Below are positions 11,893 through 21,228 of a DNA stretch of 28,418 bases, one piece after another; position 1 is the first letter of the stretch; each line of letters starts with the position of its first letter. Location: positions 1 through 28,418 of the forward strand of contig NW_021833533.1 in assembly GCF_006345805.1 (NCBI RefSeq), written 5' to 3'. The position numbers were made by a program, and so were the translations under genes. Source of the DNA: Octopus sinensis (taxonomy: Eukaryota). The notes beneath the pieces are model-generated. The model was not told where the DNA came from and made no database searches. It saw nothing but the letters and a program-made list of their open reading frames with translations.

Positions 11893-12914
11893 GCACACAT
11901 TCTCTCTTTCTATTTGTCTCCCCTCTCATATGCACAGTCTCTCTCTCTTTCTGCTTTTGTGTCTCTTTTGATGTCTGTCTCTCTCTCTCTCTCTCACCTC
12001 ATACACAGTCTCTCTTTATGTGTCTCTCTCTGTCCTCTCATACTCAGTCTCTCTCCTTTCCTCCCTCTCTCTTGATCTCTCTCCTTTCCTCCCTCTCTCT
12101 TGATCTCTCTCGTTTCCTCTCTCTCTCTTCATCTCTCTCGTTTCCTCTCTCTCTCTTCATCTCTCTCTTAATCTCTCTCTTTTCCTCCCTCTCTCTTTAT
12201 CTCTCTCCTTTCCTCCCTCTCTCTTCATCTCTCTCGTTTCCTCTCTCTCTCTTCATCTCTCTCTTAATCTCTCTCCTTTCCTCCCTCTCATACTCAGTCT
12301 CTCTCCTTTCCTCCCTCTCTCTTGATCTCTCTCGTTTCCTCTCTCTCTCTCTCTCTCTCTTCATCTCTCTCTTAATCTCTCTCTTTTCCTCCCTCTCTCT
12401 TTATCTCTCTCCTTTCCTCCCTCTCTCTTGATCTCTCTCCCTGTCTCTCTTTCACAATCTTTCTCTCACTCAGTCTCTCTGTTTTTATCTGCCTCTCTCT
12501 CTCTTTCTCCTTGCCTCTCTCTGTCCTTCTCTCTCTCTCCTTTTCTAGTTTTCTTGCTCTTTCTGTCTCTCTTTCTCTCTTTCTCATCTTGTACACAATC
12601 TCTCTTTCTCCCTCATACACACTCTCTCTCATGTCCTCCCTCTCTCTCTCTCTCTTTTAATCTCTCTCCTATCTCCCCACCTCTCTCTCTCATGCAATCT
12701 CTCTCTCTCTATTTGTCTCCCCCTAAACCAGCTTTACCAAGCTTCAGAGATGGCAGCAAAGAGAAACGGTCGATTCATCAGTCTCGAAGACTTTTTATTT
12801 CTTTTGAGAAAAGATAAGGTAAATCTCTCTCTTTCGCTTTCTCTCTTACTCCTCCTCTCCTCCTCTCCTCTCCCTCTCTCTCTCTCTCTCTCTCCCTCTC
12901 TCTCTCCTCTGCTC

Positions 12915-12950
<36 letters not shown>

Positions 12951-13010
12951 CTCTACTCTCTCTCGCTCTCTCTCTTCTATCTATCTATCTTCTATCTATC
13001 TATCATCATC
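11770..13010. repeat. (CT)n-rich tracts on both sides of SUPT3H exon B
   Basis: Direct inspection; interrupted by the exon at 12732-12818. Confidence 0.9.
12732..12818 (+). CDS. SUPT3H: SPT3 homolog, internal coding exon B (87 nt, phase 0 to 0)
   Basis: ccctaaacCAG acceptor, LYQASEMAAKRNGRFISLEDFLFLLRKDK, GTAAAT donor. In frame with exon A. Matches the SPT3 motif LQQAAEV...RGARVITPEDLLFLMRKDK. Confidence 0.93.
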
Positions 13011-13097
13011 CACTAGCTGTCTGTCCGTCTGTCCACTACACCCCAGAACCACACGCTAATATCTTAGGAGTGATATTAGATTTCTCGTTTTTCGTGA

Positions 13098-13355
13098 ATC
13101 ATCATCATCATCATGTAGCGTCCTTCCGCTTCCATGCTGGCATGGGTTGGCGGTTTCAACAACCGGGGTCGGGAACCCAAAGGCTGCACCAGGCCCAGTC
13201 TGATCTGGCAGTGTTTTTCTAACAGCTGGATGCCCTTCCTAACGCCAACCACTCCGTGATTAGTGGGTGCTTTTTACGTGCCACCAGCACAGGTACCAGA
13301 CGGGGCTGGCAGACGGCCACGGTCGGATGGTTCTTTTTACGTGCCACCGGCACAA
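13098..13355 (-). mobile_element. SINE family C copy inserted in the left Tc1 terminus
   Basis: Aligns with 3686-3900 and splits the Tc1 inverted repeat. Confidence 0.75.
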
Positions 13356-13498
13356 AAACTTTTCCTAGCTGGTCTGCACATTATGGCAACACCATTGTCA
13401 TGTTTTCATTATTCTGTGTACTGTCCTTTCGTTTTTATTTCAGATTCTTCAGTTTTTCTGTGAACCATGCTAATAGTTTTTGAATGAAAATAGCCCAT

Positions 13499-13667
13499 CT
13501 AGACATGAGTTGCATTCTGTTCACTGACGAAACCAGGGTGACCCCTGACGGTTGGGAAAATAGTTGGATCTGTCTTGGAGATGAGAATCACCAACATTTA
13601 TGGCACCAGCAACAGGGTGGCAGAGTCATGTTGTGGGGCTGGTAACATTGGGGACAGACTTGTTGGT
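13499..13667 (+). pseudogene. Tc1 transposase DDE-domain remnant (first catalytic Asp region)
   Basis: LDMSCILFTDETRVTPDGWENSWICLGDENHQHLWHQQQGGRVMLW, then a frameshift to AGNIGDRLVG. Typical Tc1 motifs (VL[FW]TDE...PDGW...QQGGG.VM.WAG). Confidence 0.8.
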
Positions 13668-13669
13668 TG

Positions 13670-13990
13670 TCAAGAAAGCGGGGACGCTGGCAACGGGTAG
13701 TGTCAGAGCTATGCCATCGGGAACTTCGGTTCCTGGTAGGGTCACCCAAGGCGGATTGGTCTGACACCGAGTGGTATGAGGGCCACAACCCGGCAGACGG
13801 AGCCCTGGTGAAAAGTCCTCAGAGTGTCTGCTTCGGCAACCGGCGGCTCCTCGGTCGTTCTGTCCCTGTGTCTGCGGACAATCTGCGGCAAACAGGATGT
13901 CTCCACATGCGGGATTGTTGGGGACCGCTTGTGAAATCCACTAATTCCTACGAAACTTCTTCCATGAGTAGAAGAAGCTGACTCAACCTG
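13670..13990 (+). mobile_element. GC/CpG-rich insert, possibly the 5' region of an RTE-clade LINE
   Basis: The motif gagctatgcc...cctggtagggtcacccaaggc resembles RTE/Expander 5' UTRs as I recall them. It interrupts the Tc1 remnant. Not verified by search. Confidence 0.4.
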
Positions 13991-14019
13991 CCCAGGGTGA
14001 ATGTTGCCACAAATACAAG

Positions 14020-14650
14020 TACATTTCTAATGTCATATACTTTTGGGTTCATTGAAGCCTCAAACTTCTGTAATGGGGTGTTAAAGGAGGCTGTATCAGG
14101 GGTCCCAAGGATGCAATTTCTGGTGGTTTTCGGTACATGAGGAAGTCCAGAGGTGGTAGTTAGTTAGTTAATTTTTTGGCTCAAAAGGCAAAAAGCAAGG
14201 CCATGTAGGGGGACATGGAGTTATGTGCAGGGTGGTGTTCATGTAAAGAGTTCAAGCCATTTGTGGTCAAGGGAGACTTTGAACCAAGCGGTCGTCGGCA
14301 TCTTCACTATCTCGTCTGGCAGCTTATTCCACGGATCCGCAACCTGGACGGAGAAAGCCCCTCTCCTTCGATTGAGATGAAATCGTCGCAGAAATGGTAG
14401 AAATGGCTGTGCTTGTTTGTCCAGGTTTCCCACGTAACTTACGGCCAATGTTCCTTAAATCCCTAGCTGTCACAGTCTTGAAGGTCCCACAATCGGATCA
14501 TTTCTTCCTTGGCGAAGGGTCCTTCAGGAATCATCTAACCGTGTCCACATGACAACCTAACTGCTCTGCAATGACATGAAGAGAGGTGTCTTCAGTGCTT
14601 TCCTTGATAATAACCAACTTTTCTTCATTGTTAAAGCTTTCTCCAAGTCC
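14020..14650 (-). pseudogene. Tc1 transposase N-terminal (paired-like HTH) remnant, interrupted by a LINE fragment
   Basis: GLGESFNNEEKLVIIKESTEDTSLHVIAEQLGCHVDTVR*FLKDPSPRKK*SDCGTFKTVTARDLRNIGRKLRGKPGQTSTAI [insertion] SGLPHVPKTTRNCILG...PPLTPHYRSLRLQ*TQKYMTLEM, with in-frame stops. Confidence 0.75.
14160..14394 (-). mobile_element. 5'-truncated CR1/L2-group LINE 3' end
   Basis: Encodes RRFHLNRRRGAFSVQVADPWNKLPDEIVKMPTTAWFKVSLDHKW (typical ORF2 C-terminus), a short 3' UTR and a (TAAC)n tail. TGGTAG direct repeats at 14154-14159 and 14395-14400 look like a target-site duplication. Confidence 0.75.
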
Positions 14651-15214
14651 CAGTTGTTCTTAGAGAAACTGAAGAATCTGAAATAAGAAAGAAAGGCCAT
14701 TAAATAGAAGAATGAAAACATAACAATGGTGTTGCCATTATGTGCAAACCAGCTGGGGAAAGTTTAATTAAAATCGATTCAAGAAAACCAAGAAATCCTA
14801 AACTTCACTCCTCAGGTATTAACATGGTTCTGGGTGTATTTATCTGTGTGGCTATCAGTCTATCTATCTATCAATCAATCATCCAATCTGTCTGTCTGTC
14901 TGTCCATCTATCTATCAATAAATCTGTCTGTCTCATCTTCCCTATTTCTGTTTGTCCATCTGTCTGTTTGTCTCTGCCTATCTCTCAGTCCATCCGTCCA
15001 TCTCCCTCATTCGATTTTACTTCATTATCGGTTTCAAAATTCAGCACAAGGCCAGCATTTCAAGGAAGCAGGGAAGTCAATTAGAACAACTCCAGTACAC
15101 AACTGGTACTTAATTTATCAACCCAAAAAGCATGAACGATAAGAAAATTCAAATATCACAACAAATTGTTTCGTAACTTAAAACATATAAATAATTTATA
15201 TTATTATATTAACA

Positions 15215-15386
15215 GGCGCAGGAGTGGCTGTGTGGTAAGTAGCTTGCTAACCAACCACATGGTTCCGGGTTCAGTCCCACTGTGTGGCATCTTGGGCAAG
15301 TGTCTTCTGCTATAGCCCCGGGCCGACCCAATGCCTTGTGAGTGGATTTGGTAGACGGAAACTGAAAGAAGCCCGTCGTATATATG

Positions 15387-15418
<32 letters not shown>

Positions 15419-15650
15419 ATATATATAATATATATGTGTGTGTATGTGTTTGACCCCTTAGCATGCTTGACAACCGATGCTGGTGTGTTTACGTCCCCGT
15501 CACTTAGCGGTTCGGCAAAAGAGACCGATAGAATAAGTACTGGGCTTAAAAGAATAAGTCCCCGGGGGTCGATTTGCTCGACTAAAAGCGGTGCTCCAGC
15601 ATGGCCACAGTCAAATGACTGAAACAAGTAAAAAGAATAAAAAAAAAAAA
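15215..15650 (+). mobile_element. SINE family A copy
   Basis: Aligns end to end with 4077-4486 and has an A-rich tail. Confidence 0.85.
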
Positions 15651-15806
15651 GTATCACACCAAATTGTTTCATAACTTAAAACATGTAAATAATTTAAATA
15701 AATCACTTACATTCTTGCATTAAGGCAAAACTTTTTAAAGAAATCCTTCAAAATAATGCTGAATTGAAGCTACATCTACAGGTGAAAGAAAGTCTTCATT
15801 AAATAG

Positions 15807-15973
15807 TATATGATGGGCTTCTTTCAGTTTCCACCTACCAGATCTACTCACAAGGCTTTGGTTGTCCTGAGGCTGTAGTTGAAGACAATTACCCAAGGAG
15901 CCATGCAGTGGGACTGAACCTGGAACCATGTGGTTGGGAAGCAAGCTACTTACCACACAGCCACTCCTGCGCC
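15807..15973 (-). mobile_element. SINE family A, 5' half only, more diverged
   Basis: Reverse complement of the head through gaagcccatca, ending at the position of the internal microsatellite. Confidence 0.8.
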
Positions 15974-15997
15974 TATGGTGGTGGTTGTGGTGGTGTT

Positions 15998-16364
15998 GAT
16001 GATGACAACGATGATGATGATGATAGGGATGATGATGATGATGACGATGATGACGACGATGATGATGATAGCGATGACGATGATGATGATGACGACGACG
16101 ACGATGATGATGATGACGACGACGATGACAACAATGATGATGACAATGACGACGACGACGATGATGACAACGATGACGATGACGACAATGATGATGACAA
16201 TGATGACAACAATGATGATGATGATGATGATGATGATAGCGATGATGATGACGACGACAATGATGATGATGATGACAATGACGACGACGACGATGATGAT
16301 GATGATGACGACGATGATGACAACGATGACGATGACGACAATGATGATGACAATGACGACAACA

Positions 16365-16444
<80 letters not shown>

Positions 16445-16492
16445 AATGATGATGATGATGACAATGATGACGACAATGATGATGATGATGAT
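15998..16492. repeat. (GAT/GAC)n microsatellite
   Basis: Direct inspection. Confidence 0.95.
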
Positions 16493-17144
16493 GTTGTTGT
16501 TTTTTAGGACTTCTTCATTTCCTGCTTTTCTCAAAATATACCAGTGAGGGATTTCATTGTGACTTGGGTTGTCGTTTTCGAACATGTTGTACGACCATGT
16601 CAAAGACCAACGACCGACCCTCATCAGCAGCTCGTTACATGCTCGATCAGCTGACCGCACAAACGAGCCAATCCGAAAACCTCCATTCAACTCCTTCGCC
16701 ATTCTCGGCTCGGTTTCATTCTGTGTTTGACTTTATTGATACGACACCAATTAGCTAAACCATCACCATCGTCACTATCATCGTCATCATCATCATCATT
16801 GTCGTCGTCATCGTCATCGTTATGTGGCGTTATTAGTCTCATTAGTCGGTGCAGCTAATTGAACCAGTTTCATTGGTCAAACTTTGTATTGTCGGCGGAA
16901 AGATAATGAAGGAGATGAAAGAGAAAGGAGAAAGAAAGAAAGAGAAAACAATTTAAACGATACAAAAGAAGGTGGAAGAAAAGGAAGAAAAGAAGAAGAA
17001 AGGAAAAGAAAAGAAAAGAAAAGAAGAGAAAAGGTGGAGAAAGAACTTGAGAGAAAAAAAAAGATAAGCAAAATACAAAAACAACCTCGAACAATGTTGG
17101 CTGCTCACACCCACTCACCCACCGCTTCTCTCCCTGCCCCCTTT

Positions 17145-17434
17145 ATATGTGCATTCATGTGTATATATATGTGTATATATATATAATATATATATACACA
17201 CACACATATAGATATATGTATATATGTGTATATATATATATATATATGTATGTATATGTAGTATATATGTATATGTATATACACACAAATACAAACACAA
17301 CCACCACATGCATGTATATATATTATATATATACACATATATATAATATATTATATATATCTATACATCTATGTATATATACTATATAATATATATATAA
17401 ATATATAATGCATATATGTATATATATATGTATG

Positions 17435-17486
<52 letters not shown>

Positions 17487-17574
17487 TCTATATATATGTT
17501 GTAGTATATATATATAATATATATATATGTATGTATGTATGTATAATATATATATATCTATTATATATATATAT

Positions 17575-17605
<31 letters not shown>

Positions 17606-17648
17606 ACATGTATATATATATATGTATATATGTTATATATATACATAA
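17145..17648. repeat. (TA)n microsatellite region
   Basis: Direct inspection. Confidence 0.95.
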
Positions 17649-18312
17649 TACAATGTCTCTCATCTGGTGTCACTCCATCCTTCCCACCACCACCTCTTTC
17701 TCCTCCTCCTCCACAATTTTCATGGCATTACAGGTTAAGGAGTTTAGAAAAATCAATTACTTTGAGTTTCACACCTGCACCACCACCACCACCACCACCA
17801 CCACCACCGTCACCACAAACACGGCTACCATCACCAAAAGCCACCCCTAACAAGTACAACTATCACCTCTGTCACCACGACGACCACCACCACCGCGATC
17901 AGCTCCTCTCTCATTTTCACCTCCACCCCCCCACTATTAACTATTATCGCCACCATCACTACCACTGCTACCACAAGCCACCCCACAGTCACCACCATCA
18001 CCACTAGCAACCACCACTACCACTTCTGGCATATTCACCGTTACCTCAACCAGTAGTACTAATGACCATCACTTTTGAAATATTTTGGAGTGATTTGCTG
18101 ATGTACTTGAAGGCTGGAGAACTGAGTCAGTTGGGTTAGCCCTGATACTGGTCCCTTGCGATAATTGTTCAGCCCTGCATCTTTGTAGTATTTTCCCTTA
18201 TGTGCACTTGTCCTTAATATAAGCCTAAACAAACCTTAACCAATATCCTATCTGTTGGTGTTACCCCAGATATTTACCCAGTTGTGGTTTCCCTTATATA
18301 GGTTTAAATAGA

Positions 18313-18542
18313 GGCGGCCAGCTGGCAGAAACGTTAGCGCGCCGGGCGAAATGCTTAGCGGTATTTTGTCTGTCGTTACATTCTGAGTTCAAATTCCGCT
18401 GAGGTCGACTTTGCCTTTCATCCTCTCGGGGTCGATAAATAAAGTACCAGTTTCGCACTGGGTCGATGTAATCGACTTAATTCCTTTGTCTGTCCTTGTT
18501 TGTCCCTTCTATGTTTAGCCCCTTGTGGGCAATAAAGAAATA
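18313..18542 (+). mobile_element. SINE family B full-length copy with 15-bp target-site duplication
   Basis: tatataggtttaaat at 18295-18309 and 18543-18557. Confidence 0.85.
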
Positions 18543-18557
18543 TATATAGGTTTAAAT

Positions 18558-19170
18558 TTTGTCACAAGGTTGAGATTTTGGGGGAGGTGGGGTTAGTCGA
18601 TTAATTTGACCCCAGTACTCGACTGTTACTTATTTTCTCAACCCCAAAAGCATGAGAAGCAAAGTCGACCTCAGTGGAGTTTGAACTCAGAACCTAAAGA
18701 TGGACAAAACATTGTTAAGTATTTTGTCCGGCATACTAATGGCTCTGCCAGCTCAAAGCCTTAATAAAATTTCACATTTTGGGGGCAAGGCCAGAAATTT
18801 CTGGGGAGGGTATTAATCAATTAGATCAACCCCTGTACTTGACTGTTGCTTATTTTATTGACCCTGGAAGAATGAAAGTCAAACTTGACCTCAGTGGATA
18901 TATTATTGACCCTGGAAGAATGAAAGTCAAACTTGACCTCAGTGGATATATTATTGACCCTGGAAGAATGAAAGTCAAACTTGACCTCAGTGGATATATT
19001 ATTGACCCTGGAAGAATGAAAGTCAAACTTGACCTCAGTGGATATATTATTGACCCTGGAAGAATGAAAGTCAAACTTGACCTCAGTGGAATTTGAACTC
19101 AGAACGTAAAGACGGACGAAATGATACTAAGCATTTTGCTTGGCATGCTAACGAGTCTATTAGCTTGCCA
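18558..19170 (-). mobile_element. Two SINE family B copies (about 18558-18762 and 18770-19170); the second contains the 48-bp array
   Basis: Reverse complement of the family B core and head in both copies. Confidence 0.75.
18856..19090. repeat. 48-bp tandem repeat, about 4.9 identical copies, derived from the SINE B core
   Basis: Unit tattgaccctggaagaatgaaagtcaaacttgacctcagtggatatat starts at 18856, 18904, 18952, 19000 and 19048. Confidence 0.95.
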
Positions 19171-19194
19171 TCTTTACACATTGTATATTAATAA

Positions 19195-19593
19195 CATGGT
19201 TTCTATGGCTTATAAACTCCCCACCTGATTGCACAGGAATCGAAACCACAATCTTACGATCATGAGTCCAACACCCCGAACCACTAAGCCACGTGCCTCC
19301 TCTAAGAAAATAGAAGAAACGGGTAAAGTTACCTTCTCGAGTCATGCTAATTCATAAGGGATCTCGTTAAGTCATACTGACTCATAAGGGCCAGTTTCCC
19401 AGTTTCTATGGCTTGTGTATTCCCCACCTGGACGGGGCATTGGCCCGTCGCAGGGTTACTCTATTTGCCAGCTGAGTGAACTGGAGCAATGTGAAATGAA
19501 GTGTTTTGCTCAAGAACCCAATACACAGCCTGGTTCGGGAATCGAACTCACAACCTCACAATCATAAGCTCGACGCTCTAACCACTGAGCCAT
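19195..19593 (-). mobile_element. SINE family D-related copies (short about 19195-19300; longer about 19345-19593)
   Basis: Minus-strand heads atggctcagtggttagagcg / gtggcttagtggtt with B-box-like gttcgattcc. Core shared with 11295-11420. Confidence 0.7.
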
Positions 19594-19610
19594 ATTATAT
19601 TTAATATAAT

Positions 19611-20017
19611 ACTCTTTTACTCTTTTACTTGTTTCAGTCATTTGACTGCGGCCATGCTGGAGCACCGCCTTTAGTCGAGCAAATCGACCCCGGAACTTAT
19701 TCTTTGTAAGCCCAGTACTTATTCTATCAGTCTCTTTTGCTGAACCGCTAAGTGACGGGGACGTAAACACATCAGCATCGGTTGTCAAGCAACGCTAGGG
19801 GGACAAACATAGACACACAAACACATACACACACATACATATATATATATACATATATACGACAGGCTTCTTTCAGTTTCCGTCTACCAGATCCACTCAC
19901 AAAGCATTGGTCGGCCCGAGGCTATAGCAGAAGACACTTGCCCAAGATGCCACGCAGTGGGACTGAACCCGGAACCATGTGGTTGGTAAGCAAGCTACTT
20001 ACCACACAGCCACTCCT
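19611..20017 (-). mobile_element. SINE family A copy
   Basis: Reverse complement of the family A sequence, near full length. Confidence 0.85.
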
Positions 20018-20311
20018 AATATAATATTATATAATTTCTATACAATACTATAAAAACATTATAATAAATTCATAGCGACCCCCAATCCACTGCCTTCCTC
20101 CCAACACCTCCTTTTTCTCTACTGCCCCCTTTGGCGCCAGTGCTGACCTGGACCATCTCAATGCCCACTGGGGGCTGGGGGTGCGATAGTGCCCACTTTG
20201 AGAACCTATGATCCAAGGTGCTGCGAATGGGGACTGAACCCAAAACCCTCCGTTGCTTCCCGAAAGCTTCTCCTTCTCATCCGTCTCGTTTCCTTTGCTC
20301 TTCGTCCACAG

Positions 20312-20411
20312 GTGAAGCTACGACGTCTGCTGCGGTACATGAAGATGAAAGATCTGAAGAGTTCTTCCTTACGAGGCACCGGGTTCGAAGAGGATGAGCA
20401 GTCAGAAGCCT
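20312..20411 (+). CDS. SUPT3H: SPT3 homolog, internal coding exon C (100 nt, phase 0 to 1)
   Basis: ttcctttgctcttcgtccaCAG acceptor, VKLRRLLRYMKMKDLKSSSLRGTGFEEDEQSEA, GTACGT donor. Continues exon B in frame and matches SPT3 KLRRLLKYM..RD.KS. The donor position is slightly less certain than the acceptor. Confidence 0.9.
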
Positions 20412-20545
20412 GTACGTCACTGCTTTTATTAGTATTGTAGTTTTTGTTGTTGTTGTTGTCACTATCACTGCTGTTATAATTGTTGATTTTGTTATTGTTG
20501 TTGCAATTTTCTTTATTAACCCTAGGATCCTATAGAACTCTGATA

Positions 20546-20948
20546 GGCGCAGGAGTGGCTGTGTGGTAAGTAGCTTGCTAACCAACCACGTGGTTCCGGG
20601 TTCAGTCCCACTGCATGGCACCTTGGGCAAGTGTCTTCCACTATAGCCCCGGGCCGACCAAAGCCTTGTGAATAGATTTGATAGACGGAAACTGAAAGAA
20701 GCCTGTCGTATATATGTATGTATATATATATATATGTATGTGTGTGTATGTGTTTGTCCCCCTAGCATTGCTTGACAACCGATGCTGGTGTGTTTACACC
20801 TTCGTCACTTAGCGGTTCAGCAAAAGAGACCAATAGAATAAGTACTGGGCTTACAAAGAATAAGTCCAGGGGTCGATTTGCTCGACTAAAGGCGGTGCTC
20901 CAGCATGGCTGCAGTCAAATGACTGAAACAAGTAAAAATAAAAAAAAA
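20546..20948 (+). mobile_element. SINE family A copy
   Basis: Aligns end to end with 4077-4486. Confidence 0.85.
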
Positions 20949-21228
20949 GTATCCCAGCCATGATCATCCAGTCTGTTACTCAAACATGGTGTCATCTACA
21001 GCTAAATTACTTATTGTGTCCTTCCTTCCGTCTGAATACTAAAGGGTTAATCCTTTAGCATTTGATCTGACCATATCCAGTGCTAATGTTCTGCCCATTT
21101 TATGTTCAAACTGGCCAGATGGGGTCCAAATAATCTCCCTGTTTTTCTGGCCTCTCACACATGTCCTACAATGTCATTCTAGAAGTAGAGACATTCACAC
21201 CATCGAAATCTTGAAGGTACACGATAAT

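Larger units (their letters stand above)
13039..14836 (-). mobile_element. Decayed Tc1/mariner DNA transposon with long inverted termini, rearranged and carrying nested insertions
   Basis: TA at 13037-13038 and 14837-14838. Left end 13039-13100 plus 13356-13459 (split by a SINE) is the reverse complement of right end 14662-14836. Transposase remnants lie inside. Confidence 0.8.

Noticed and set aside
13667-13981. 104-aa ORF as a host gene
   Set aside because: Lies inside the nested transposon cluster and has no recognisable domain.
15908-16547. Poly-Asp ORF resembling acidic biomineralisation proteins
   Set aside because: Starts inside an antisense SINE and is a (GAT/GAC)n tract within a SUPT3H intron; open in several frames on both strands.
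18856-19090. CRISPR-like array or repeat protein (YIIDPGRMKVKLDLSG)n
   Set aside because: Contiguous identical units with no spacers, SINE-derived, eukaryotic context, no cas genes.
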